Part shown: positions 16,009 to 24,246 of the stretch, one piece after another
Layout: every line of letters begins with the position of its first letter
How positions within the stretch are numbered: the first letter of the stretch is position 1
Translations under genes and position numbers: made by a program
The notes under the pieces: generated by a model
What the model was told of the DNA's origin: nothing
The model's database searches: none
What the model saw: the letters and a program-made list of their open reading frames with translations, nothing else
Assembly: GCA_035510235.1 (NCBI GenBank)
Contig: DATKHM010000047.1
Coordinates: 1 to 29,052, forward strand
Direction of reading: 5' to 3'
From: Minisyncoccota bacterium
Lineage (GTDB): Bacteria; Patescibacteriota; Minisyncoccia; UBA6257; 2-01-FULL-56-20
Length of the DNA: 29,052 nt

Positions 16009-17127
16009 ATGTCAAAAAAATCTTTTACCATTGCGGCCATCGTCGCCGCGGCGACGATCGGAGAAGGCGTCTTTGCGGTGCCGTATATTATCCAGGCGTC
16101 CGGATGGGTTGTCGCGCTTGGATATTTTATTGCCGTTATCGCGATCGTTTCCGTTGCACACATCCTTTATTTGCGTACGCTTGCGGCCATGGATGAGAAA
16201 GAACGTTTGCTCGGCCTCGCGCGGAAATATTTCGGGTCGACGGGATTTTGGATCGGATTCGTCGCGATCGTCATCGGGCTCTTGCTCGGATTTGTCGCAT
16301 ATCTTTTGCTCGGAACCCAGTTCCTGCAGATCCTTTTCCCGGGTCTCTCGCCCGCCGCCGCGCTTGGCATATTTTGGGTGTTGCTCGCGTGCCTCGTATG
16401 GGGGAGCGAGGGCAGGATCGCGCGGTTCGAGGCGATAGGCATCGCACTCGTATCGTTCGCGATCCTTTTTATATTCTTTTCGGGGCATCCCGCGAGCGTT
16501 CTCGGCAACGTGCCGCTTGCGGTTCCCGCCAATTTCTTCCTTCCATTCGGCGTCGTCATCTTCGCGCTCGCGGGATGGACGAGCGTCGAGCCGGTCTATG
16601 AACTTGTGTATAAGAACGAAGGAGAAAAGAGTGGGTTATCTTCGGCTCCCTTCGCCGTTTTCGCCATCGGCACGGCATTCGCAGGCCTGCTCTACTGGCT
16701 CTTTGCCGCCGGCGTCATCGGCACGGTGCCGCATGTGGCGATGGACACGATCTCCGGCATCGCAAGCTGGCCGCTCTGGCGAAAGGATATCCTTGCGGCG
16801 GTGGGACTGCTTTCGGTTTCCGTCGTGTCAGTGCCGATCGCGCGTGAGATCCGCGGCGCGATGGAAAAGGACCTTGGGTGGAACACGTTCGTTTCGCGGG
16901 CGGCCATCGTCATCCTGCCGCTCGCCGCAGTGCTTGCGGGGTTCAACAATTTTCTCTCGATCGTCGACATCGCCGGCGGCGTGTTCATCAGCACACAGTA
17001 TCTTTTGATCATCTCCGTCGGACGTCGGACGCTCGCGCTTGCGGCGCGCGAGAAAATCCTCCTCGACATCGTCGCACTCGTCTTCATCTGCGCCGCGGTT
17101 TACGAAATCTGGCATTTCGTAGTATAA
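16009..17127 (+). CDS. Aromatic amino acid permease-like (APC/TyrP-Mtr type) transporter
   Basis: ATIGEGVFAVPY resembles the IGAG.L.LP TM1 motif; about 10-11 hydrophobic segments. Confidence 0.7.
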   Translation: MSKKSFTIAAIVAAATIGEGVFAVPYIIQASGWVVALGYFIAVIAIVSVAHILYLRTLAAMDEKERLLGLARKYFGSTGFWIGFVAIVIGLLLGFVAYLLLGTQFLQILFPGLSPAAALGIFWVLLACLVWGSEGRIARFEAIGIALVSFAILFIFFSGHPASVLGNVPLAVPANFFLPFGVVIFALAGWTSVEPVYELVYKNEGEKSGLSSAPFAVFAIGTAFAGLLYWLFAAGVIGTVPHVAMDTISGIASWPLWRKDILAAVGLLSVSVVSVPIAREIRGAMEKDLGWNTFVSRAAIVILPLAAVLAGFNNFLSIVDIAGGVFISTQYLLIISVGRRTLALAAREKILLDIVALVFICAAVYEIWHFVV

Positions 17128-17168
17128 AGAGAGGCATCGGCGGAGGTCCGCCGCTCGCGGGCGGCATT

Positions 17169-17240
17169 GCTCTCGTAGTTTAATGGATAGAATATCTCCC
17201 TCCGAAGGAGGTGGTCGTGGTTCGATTCCACGCGAGAGCA
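17169..17240 (+). tRNA. tRNA-Arg(CCG); CCA not encoded
   Basis: Acceptor GCTCTCG/CGAGAGC, anticodon arm TCTCC-CTCCGAA-GGAGG, T arm CGTGG-TTCGATT-CCACG. Confidence 0.93.
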
Positions 17241-17247
17241 CAACGAC

Positions 17248-17314
17248 AAAAAACCAGCAGCCATATTCGCCTCCCTGGAGATGATAGTTCGGCAAATATG
17301 GCTGCTGGTTTTTT
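17248..17314. repeat. 24-bp palindrome (one mismatch) around a conserved 19-nt loop (core family A, copy 2); also a bidirectional terminator shape
   Basis: AAAAAACCAGCAGCCATATTCGCC / GGCAAATATGGCTGCTGGTTTTTT; loop TCCCTGGAGATGATAGTTC. Confidence 0.9.
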
Positions 17315-17391
17315 AGCTTGGGTTTCTGGAGAAGATTGTATCGTTCCAGTGTTAGGTTTTTATCATTTTTTAATTGCGCTATAATCTTCAT

Positions 17392-18042
17392 ATGGACAAA
17401 TTGGCGGAACTAAAAAAGCTTGAGGCGGAGATGGTCGCGAACACGTCGCTGCCGCTTCGCGAATCAAACCTCGTTTTCGGTGAGGGGAATGTTGATTGCC
17501 AGGTGATGTTCATCGGCGAGGCGCCGGGCGTGAACGAAGACCGCTTGCGTCGGCCGTTCGTCGGCCGTGGAGGACAGCTCCTTGACGACATGATCCGCGG
17601 CCTCGGGTGGAAGCGCGAGGACGTGTATATCACGAACATCGTCAAGCGCAGGCCGCCGGAGAATCGCGATCCGCTGCCCGCGGAAATCGAGGCGTACAAG
17701 CCATACCTTACACGACAGATCGAGGTCATCGATCCCAAACTGATCGTGACGCTCGGCCGCTTTTCGATGAACTATTTTCTGCCGGAGGCAAAGATCACTC
17801 GTGATCACGGGCGGCCGCTCATGATAGATGGCCGCACGATATTTCCGGTCTATCATCCCGCGGCCGCGCTCCGCTCGACGCAGATGATGGAGGTTCTGCG
17901 CGGCGACTTCAAAAAGATCCCGAGCGTCTTGTCTGGCGAGTTTGGGGTGGCAGAACTTCCGCCGGCGTTCGGGGAGTCATCGTCGACACGCACATCAAAA
18001 AAGCCACACCCAGAAAAGCCTAAACAGGCAGGTCTTTTTTGA
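17392..18042 (+). CDS. Uracil-DNA glycosylase, family 4-like
   Basis: Motif A GEAPG..ED...PFVG, NIVK.RPPENR.P, motif B YHPAAALR; TATAAT-N6-ATG 17392. Confidence 0.92.
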   Translation: MDKLAELKKLEAEMVANTSLPLRESNLVFGEGNVDCQVMFIGEAPGVNEDRLRRPFVGRGGQLLDDMIRGLGWKREDVYITNIVKRRPPENRDPLPAEIEAYKPYLTRQIEVIDPKLIVTLGRFSMNYFLPEAKITRDHGRPLMIDGRTIFPVYHPAAALRSTQMMEVLRGDFKKIPSVLSGEFGVAELPPAFGESSSTRTSKKPHPEKPKQAGLF

Positions 18043-18077
18043 GGACATTTCCGCGACGGGAGTGCTATCATTAGGGT

Positions 18078-18437
18078 ATGGATTTTTCGATTGTTTATCT
18101 TGCCCAGCGCTTTTTCTATCGTTTTTTAGATTTTTTTAATCATTGGTATATAGACGGCTCGCGCGCTTTTGGTCGCCGTTTTATGTCGACGCTCACGGCA
18201 GCGGACCAGTCGTTTGCGGTCGCCATCACCCTGCGGCATTTTTTTGAACCGCTCTATAAGGATTACAGCGCGATCGGAAGGATATTGGGGATATTTTTCC
18301 GGACGGTACGCGTCGTGATCGGCGGCATATGCTATCTTGTCCTCGCGCTTGCCTTTGCAGCGGTCTATCTTGTTTGGCTCGCCATCCCCGCGTTCATTAT
18401 TTCCCTCATTCTTTTCCATGCCGCCAAACATTTCTAA
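18078..18437 (+). CDS. Small membrane protein upstream of the Clp ATPase, unknown function
   Basis: 119 aa, two C-terminal hydrophobic helices; TATCAT-N6-ATG; overlaps the next gene. Confidence 0.75.
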   Translation: MDFSIVYLAQRFFYRFLDFFNHWYIDGSRAFGRRFMSTLTAADQSFAVAITLRHFFEPLYKDYSAIGRILGIFFRTVRVVIGGICYLVLALAFAAVYLVWLAIPAFIISLILFHAAKHF

Positions 18438-20952
18438 ATACGAATTTTATTTCGACGACCCGCGCCTGCGCATGACGATCGCGGGGAGGATGTTGGTGCG
18501 TGTCATAAGTTATATCTCTTATCTGGTCCTCTTTGTGGCGACGTTCATGTTCTTGTTATCGTATAATATCCGCGCGCTATTTTACCTTGGAGTGTTCCTC
18601 TTATTGGTAGTGGCCGATCTTTTTATTCATCGTAAAGAGGGTGATACGCCGATTTCGCAACTGCCGAAACAGGGAAGGGTGAATCTTGCAGAGGTGATGG
18701 ACCACTCCGCGTTTAACGTGATCGAACGCGCGGTGGACCGCAGCGTTATCATGAAGAAAAGTTTTCTGCTTGAGCTCACGGACCGGCTCTTTGAAATGCC
18801 GCAGATCGAGGACGGCCTCCGCCGTTTGGATGTGAATCCGAAAGAGTTTAAGGCAAAGCTTGAAGCGCTTATGGCGGAAACCGCGCCAGCGTTAAAGGAG
18901 GCCGCTCCGATCCCGCCCGAGAATTATCCTGCGCTCGTAGAGGCGCTCGCGATGCGGGCGTTCGCTTCCGCGGTGAGCGCCGGCCACGAATTCATTGCTC
19001 CCGCCGACCTCTTCTCGGCGCTCCCGGCGATGGGCAACGAATCGCTCGACCGGCTCTTCTCGCTGTTCAACATCGAGGAAGGCGATCTTGAACGCGCGCT
19101 TATCTTCAGCGCGCTTGCCGGCGGCGGGGGATTCTTTGCACGGTTTCCGTCCGTGCTCGGCGGGTTCGCATCGGAGACGCACCACGTACGAGAGCATCGC
19201 ATCATGAACCGGGCGTGGACGTCGCGCCCGACCCCGATGCTCGACAAGTACGGCATCGACTTCACCGATCTCGCCCGCGACCGCGAAGTGGGATTCCTCA
19301 TCGGCCACGAAGTGGAATATGAACGGCTCGTGGAAACACTCGCGCGTCCGATCAATCCGAATGCCTTGTTGATCGGCGAGCCGGGAATCGGCAAAGAAAC
19401 GATCATCCAACACTTGGCATTTTGCCTCACAAAGGATGATGTGCCGCAGGGGCTTTTCGACCGGCGTCTGGTGGGACTCCAGTTGCAGAGCCTCATCGCC
19501 GGCGCGCCGCCGGAAGAACTGGATGCGCGTATAAAGACGATTGTGGACGAGATCATAACGGCGGGGAACGTCATCCTCTACATTCCCGACATTCATAATC
19601 TTGTGCGCACGTCGGGGACGGCATACCTTTCGGCGGCGGACGCGCTCATGCCCATCATCATGGAAAACCGATTTCCGATCGTCGGCGGCTCATATCCGAA
19701 GGAGTTCAAACAGTTCGTGGAGCCGCGCAGCGATTTCGCCGGCATGTTCGAGGCGATCGTGGTGAATGAGATCTCGGAGGCCGACGCGGAGAAAGTGCTC
19801 ACGTACGAAAGTTTTTTACTTGAACGGCAGTCGCGGATCGCGGTGAGCTTCGGCGCCATCAAGCGCGCGGTGGTCCTTGCAAAAAAATATCTAAGGAACA
19901 AATATCTGCCATCGAGCGCCGAAGAGCTTTTGAAAAGCGCGATCGTGGACGCCGAGCGACGCGGGGAAAAATCGGTGACTCCCGACCGCGTGACGGCCGT
20001 CGCGGAAGAAAAAGTGAATATCCCCATACACGAGGCGGAAGGTGACGAGGCGGAAAAATTGCTGCATATGGAAGCCCTCATTCACGACCGCATCGTCGGC
20101 CAGGACGAGGCGGTTAAGGCGGTGGCGCAGGCGTTGCGCGAATATCGGAGCGGACTTACGCGGAAGGGCGGCCCGATCGCAAGCTTCCTTTTTGTGGGGC
20201 CGACCGGCGTTGGAAAGACGGAGCTCGCAAAGATCCTGGCCGAGGTTCAGTTCGGCTCGCAAAAAATGATGGTGCGTTTTGACATGACGGAATACCAGGA
20301 CAAGACCAGCTTCTTTCGTTTCATCGGTTCGCCAGACGGAACCGTGCGCGGCGCGCTCACCGACGCGGTGCTTGAGAAGCCCTACGGCCTTGTATTGTTG
20401 GACGAATTCGAGAAGGCCTACCCGGATATTTTGAATTTATTTCTGCAGGTATTGGATGACGGACGGCTTACCGACAACATGGGGCGCGTCGTGGATTTTA
20501 CGAACACGATCATCATCGCCACGTCGAACGCACATTCGGACCTCATCAACGAGGCGCTTGCGAAGGGCGAGTCCATGACGGACATCGCGGAATATTTGAA
20601 GGCGCGCCTGGTGGACGTGTTGAAGCCGGAACTGCTTAATCGTTTTTCAAAGATCATCGTGTTCAAGAATTTAGAGATGAGCGAACTTCCTCAGATCGTG
20701 ACTATCAATCTGAATGAACTGGTCGCCGCAGCGAAGTCTCAGGGCATCACGCTCTCGTTCAGCCCCGAGGCGATCACGCGCATTGCCAAGCTTGGCTACG
20801 ACCCGGCGTTCGGCGCGCGGCCGCTCCGACGCGTGATCGACGAATACATCCGCGCGCCGCTCTCCGAAGCTCTGCTCGCGAAGAAGATCGCGAAGGGCGA
20901 CCGTGTTACCTGTGCTGTCAAAGACGATGAGTTCGATTTTATAAACGCATAA
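18418..20952 (+). CDS. Membrane-anchored ClpA/B-like double AAA+ ATPase
   Basis: Two N-terminal TMs; D1 GEPGIGKE / ILYIPD (degenerate); D2 GPTGVGKT / LLDEFEKA, GRLTDN.GR.VDF.N, FGARPLRR; ATG 18418 preferred. Confidence 0.85.
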   Translation: MPPNISKYEFYFDDPRLRMTIAGRMLVRVISYISYLVLFVATFMFLLSYNIRALFYLGVFLLLVVADLFIHRKEGDTPISQLPKQGRVNLAEVMDHSAFNVIERAVDRSVIMKKSFLLELTDRLFEMPQIEDGLRRLDVNPKEFKAKLEALMAETAPALKEAAPIPPENYPALVEALAMRAFASAVSAGHEFIAPADLFSALPAMGNESLDRLFSLFNIEEGDLERALIFSALAGGGGFFARFPSVLGGFASETHHVREHRIMNRAWTSRPTPMLDKYGIDFTDLARDREVGFLIGHEVEYERLVETLARPINPNALLIGEPGIGKETIIQHLAFCLTKDDVPQGLFDRRLVGLQLQSLIAGAPPEELDARIKTIVDEIITAGNVILYIPDIHNLVRTSGTAYLSAADALMPIIMENRFPIVGGSYPKEFKQFVEPRSDFAGMFEAIVVNEISEADAEKVLTYESFLLERQSRIAVSFGAIKRAVVLAKKYLRNKYLPSSAEELLKSAIVDAERRGEKSVTPDRVTAVAEEKVNIPIHEAEGDEAEKLLHMEALIHDRIVGQDEAVKAVAQALREYRSGLTRKGGPIASFLFVGPTGVGKTELAKILAEVQFGSQKMMVRFDMTEYQDKTSFFRFIGSPDGTVRGALTDAVLEKPYGLVLLDEFEKAYPDILNLFLQVLDDGRLTDNMGRVVDFTNTIIIATSNAHSDLINEALAKGESMTDIAEYLKARLVDVLKPELLNRFSKIIVFKNLEMSELPQIVTINLNELVAAAKSQGITLSFSPEAITRIAKLGYDPAFGARPLRRVIDEYIRAPLSEALLAKKIAKGDRVTCAVKDDEFDFINA

Positions 20953-20972
20953 AAAGGGATGCCTAACGTTCC

Positions 20973-21650
20973 ATGCGCATAAAAGTAAACATCAATATCA
21001 AAGTCGGGCGGCTCGTGAAATATTTCGTGATATCGGACTTTTTCCTCCTCGCGGGATGGGGACTCATTGATCCGGTGTTCTCGGTCTTTATTATCCAGCG
21101 GGTTGTCGGCGGGACGCTTCTCACCGTCGGCATCGCAGCCGCGATCTATTGGATCTTAAGGTCCGTACTGCAGATCCCGATCGCGAAATATCTCGACAGC
21201 ATTCCCGGAGAACACGACGACTTCATGGCGCTCGTGGGCGGTTTACTTCTCGTCGGTATTTCCGCCATTGCGATGTGTTGGGTCACCACGGTGTGGGAAC
21301 TCTATGCGATCCACGCCGTTCAGGCCGTAGCCTTCGCGTTTTACTATGCGTCGTGGCCGACGATTTTTTCCCGCCATCTTGATAAGGAAAGCATCGCGCT
21401 CGACTGGTCGCTTGACTCGTCGGTCAGCGGCATCGGTGCGGGCGTTACCGGGTTCCTCGGCGGCGTCATCGCGGGAACCCTGGGATACGACGTGGTCTTT
21501 GTGGGCGCAGGCATCATGGCGTTCATTGCCGCGTTCGTCCTGCTGGCGGTTCCGGATCTGATTTTGCCGAAGCCGACCACGACCGCGCGCGCCGCCGTCG
21601 TTGCCGCCGAGGTGGCAACAGAACGCAAGCCGGGGGATACGGTGGCGTAG
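20973..21650 (+). CDS. Half-size (about 6 TM) MFS-like membrane protein
   Basis: MFS motif-A-like IAKYLDSIPG after TM2; six hydrophobic segments; 225 aa. Confidence 0.65.
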   Translation: MRIKVNINIKVGRLVKYFVISDFFLLAGWGLIDPVFSVFIIQRVVGGTLLTVGIAAAIYWILRSVLQIPIAKYLDSIPGEHDDFMALVGGLLLVGISAIAMCWVTTVWELYAIHAVQAVAFAFYYASWPTIFSRHLDKESIALDWSLDSSVSGIGAGVTGFLGGVIAGTLGYDVVFVGAGIMAFIAAFVLLAVPDLILPKPTTTARAAVVAAEVATERKPGDTVA

Positions 21651-21674
21651 GCTGTGGGGTGGTAAGATTTAAAT

Positions 21675-23444
21675 ATGGCTGAAATCTCGAATCAATCCAT
21701 TGCGGAGGTGCTACGCCAGATCGGTGAATATTTAGCGATGCAGCATGTGCAATTTAAGCCGCGCGCGTTCGAGAAGGCTGCGGAGACGATTGGCACATTG
21801 GAAGAAGAGGTTTCAGAAACGTATAAGCGCGATGGCATAAAGGGACTCAAAGAAATCCCCGGAGTGGGCCAGTCAATCGCGTCTATTATAGAGGAGCTGA
21901 TAAAGACCGGGCGTAGTACGGAATATGAGAAGTTGAAGAAGGCGACGCCGGTACGCCTTGACGAGCTTGCGCGCGTGGAAGGGCTCGGGCCGAAATCCAT
22001 TCAAAAATTATATAAAGAGCTTGGGGTAAAGAATCTAAAAGATTTGGAAGCTGCGGCGAAAAAAGGGAAGATCGGCACGCTCGAGGGATTTGGGAAAAAG
22101 AGCGAGGAAAAAATTTTGAAGGGCATCGAGTTTGCACGCGGCTCCGGCCTCCGGTTCATCACCGGCTTAATGATGCCACAGATCCGCGAGATCGAAACGC
22201 GGCTCTCGAGCGTCGCCGGGGTGGAGAAGGTGATTGTTGCGGGGTCTGCGCGCCGGCGCAAGGAGACGATCGGGGACATCGATATTCTCGCCGTCTCGTC
22301 AAAGCCGAAGATTGTGATGGATCATTTCGTTTCGAAGATGCCCGGCATCATGACGGTCATCGCGCACGGCGACACGAAATCGTCCATCAAGATAAAGCCG
22401 GGGATCAATATCGATCTGCGCGTGGTGCCGAAGGAATCCTATGGCGCTGCGCTCAATTACTTCACCGGTTCAAAGGAACATAATGTCGTCGTTCGTCAGC
22501 GCGCGATCAAGAGAGGTTTGACGCTGAACGAATACGGCCTGTTTAAAGTTAATAAAAAAGGCGAAAAGACCGAAACGCGCATCGCGGGCAAAACCGAGGA
22601 GGAAATATATAAGGCGCTCGGCCTCTCTTACGTGGAGCCCGAAATCCGCGAAAACACGGGTGAGATCGAAGCGGCGGCGCGGGCCTTCGAAGGCAAAACT
22701 CCCGGCTTGCCAAAACTGATCGGCTACGACGACCTGCAGGGCGATCTCCAGGTACAGACCGATTGGACCGACGGCGCGGATTCCATCGAGGTCATGGCCC
22801 GCGCCGCGCTCGCGCGCGGATTGAACTATATCGTGATCACCGACCACACCAAGCGTCTTGCGATGACGCACGGCCTTGATGAAAAGCGCATCCGCGCGCA
22901 ATGGAGAGAGATCGATGCGGTAAATAAAAAACTTGGCGGGAAAATAAAAATATTGAAAGGCACCGAATGCGACATTCTGAAGGATGGCACGCTCGATCTC
23001 GATGACGAGACACTTTCAAAGCTCGATGTCGTTGGGGTATCGGTGCACTCTTATTTTAATCTCACGCGTGCGGAACAGACCGAGCGGGTGAAGCGCGCGA
23101 TCAGCAATCCGAACGTGGACATCTTTTTCCATCCGACGGGGCGCATCATCAACCGACGCCCCCCGTACGATATCGACATTGATGAGATCATCGTGGCAGC
23201 AAAGCATACCGGCACGATCCTGGAGATCGACGCCCTCCCCGAACGTAGCGATCTCAAGGACGAATATATTCGTAAGTGTGTGGAGGCCGGCGTAAGGATG
23301 TCCATCGATTCCGACGCCCACGCCGCGGCGCACTTCGCTTTTCTTGAGTGCGGCATTGCCCAGGCGCGCCGCGGCTGGGCAGAAAAGCAGGACATCATTA
23401 ACGCGTGGCCATTGGAAAAGATGCTGAAGTGTCTGAAGAAATAA
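21675..23444 (+). CDS. polX: Family X DNA polymerase with C-terminal PHP domain
   Basis: HhH IPGVG / VEGLGPK, GSARRRKETIGDIDIL, IDLR, YFTGSKEHN, PHP ITDH, FHPTGR, DSDAH; TAAGAT-N6-ATG. Confidence 0.93.
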   Translation: MAEISNQSIAEVLRQIGEYLAMQHVQFKPRAFEKAAETIGTLEEEVSETYKRDGIKGLKEIPGVGQSIASIIEELIKTGRSTEYEKLKKATPVRLDELARVEGLGPKSIQKLYKELGVKNLKDLEAAAKKGKIGTLEGFGKKSEEKILKGIEFARGSGLRFITGLMMPQIREIETRLSSVAGVEKVIVAGSARRRKETIGDIDILAVSSKPKIVMDHFVSKMPGIMTVIAHGDTKSSIKIKPGINIDLRVVPKESYGAALNYFTGSKEHNVVVRQRAIKRGLTLNEYGLFKVNKKGEKTETRIAGKTEEEIYKALGLSYVEPEIRENTGEIEAAARAFEGKTPGLPKLIGYDDLQGDLQVQTDWTDGADSIEVMARAALARGLNYIVITDHTKRLAMTHGLDEKRIRAQWREIDAVNKKLGGKIKILKGTECDILKDGTLDLDDETLSKLDVVGVSVHSYFNLTRAEQTERVKRAISNPNVDIFFHPTGRIINRRPPYDIDIDEIIVAAKHTGTILEIDALPERSDLKDEYIRKCVEAGVRMSIDSDAHAAAHFAFLECGIAQARRGWAEKQDIINAWPLEKMLKCLKK

Positions 23445-23502
23445 TAGACCTTCTAAAAAATTAAATTTTGATAAAAGTCTTCCGGAATGCTACAATCCCT
23501 CC

Positions 23503-24042
23503 ATGCCGTCCATCCGCGAGATCGACGAATCAAAGCGTATCCCGACAAAGAAACAGGTCGTGGCGGGCTTCGTGGTCTACCGCAAGACGACGGATGGGAT
23601 AAAATTTTTGCTTTTATACCGGCGCGGCAATTATTGGAATTTCCCCAAAGGGCATTTCAAACCGGGCGAGCGTACCATCGATGTGGCACTTCGCGAACTG
23701 GAGGAAGAGACGGGCATAAAAAAGAGCGAACTGCGGATGCTTCCGAACTTCCGCGCATACGAGCGGTTCTATTTTAAAATTGGCAATCAGGGGATCTATG
23801 ACACCGTTATCCTGTTTCTTGCGGAGACGCACAAAGCGGACATCCGCATCGAGCCCCGCGAACACAGCGGTTACGGGTGGTTTCTGTATCACGACGCGCT
23901 CAATGTGATCGGCAAAAAATATGGCGATACTCGGAAAGTATTGAAGCAGGCGAGCGATTACCTAAAGCCGCATAAACGCCCGGTGCCAAAGACCGGAACG
24001 GCTACGCCGCATTCAGTTCAAAAGGAAACTAGCGCAAAATAA
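23503..24042 (+). CDS. NUDIX hydrolase (Ap4A-hydrolase-like)
   Basis: Nudix box WNFPKGHFKPGERTIDVALRELEEETGI; TGcTACAAT-N6-ATG. Confidence 0.88.
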   Translation: MPSIREIDESKRIPTKKQVVAGFVVYRKTTDGIKFLLLYRRGNYWNFPKGHFKPGERTIDVALRELEEETGIKKSELRMLPNFRAYERFYFKIGNQGIYDTVILFLAETHKADIRIEPREHSGYGWFLYHDALNVIGKKYGDTRKVLKQASDYLKPHKRPVPKTGTATPHSVQKETSAK

Positions 24043-24064
24043 TTAAAAAGTTATTAAATAGTTT

Positions 24065-24092
24065 TTGACATCCTGCGGTAGAAGATTATTAT
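24065..24092 (+). promoter_or_regulatory. Promoter of the anti-tRNA small RNA
   Basis: TTGACA(24065-70)-N16-TATTAT(24087-92); predicted +1 about 24098-24099. Confidence 0.75.
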
Positions 24093-24097
24093 TATAA

Positions 24098-24183
24098 GCG
24101 AAGCAGGAGTGAGTCCGTATTGACACAGGCCTCATGTTCCCTACTTGGCATAAAAATAGCCATCGAAATGGCTATTTTTATTT
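24098..24183 (+). ncRNA. Small RNA complementary, in permuted order, to nt 1-46 of the neighbouring tRNA
   Basis: GCGAAGCAGGA pairs tRNA TCCTGCTTTGC; CCGTATTGAC pairs GTCCATATGG; ACAGGCCT pairs GGGCCTGT; TTCCCTACTTGGCA pairs TGCCAAGTAGGGGA; own promoter and terminator. Confidence 0.75.
24151..24183 (+). terminator. Intrinsic terminator of the small RNA
   Basis: TAAAAATAGCCAT-CGAA-ATGGCTATTTTTA, 13-bp perfect stem, T-rich tail. Confidence 0.8.
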
Positions 24184-24246
24184 GTCCGGCAGTTTTTAAG
24201 ATAGTTTTAATCGTCTTTGCGTTATGGTCGTCATGCCCGTGAACCT

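Noticed and set aside
24101-24134. Trans-splicing of the tRNA 5' half onto the small RNA (would give a perfect CCUGC-UUUGCAA-GCAGG Ala arm)
   Set aside because: The small RNA cannot form a credible T arm and would lose G3:U70; the apparent arm follows automatically from complementarity.
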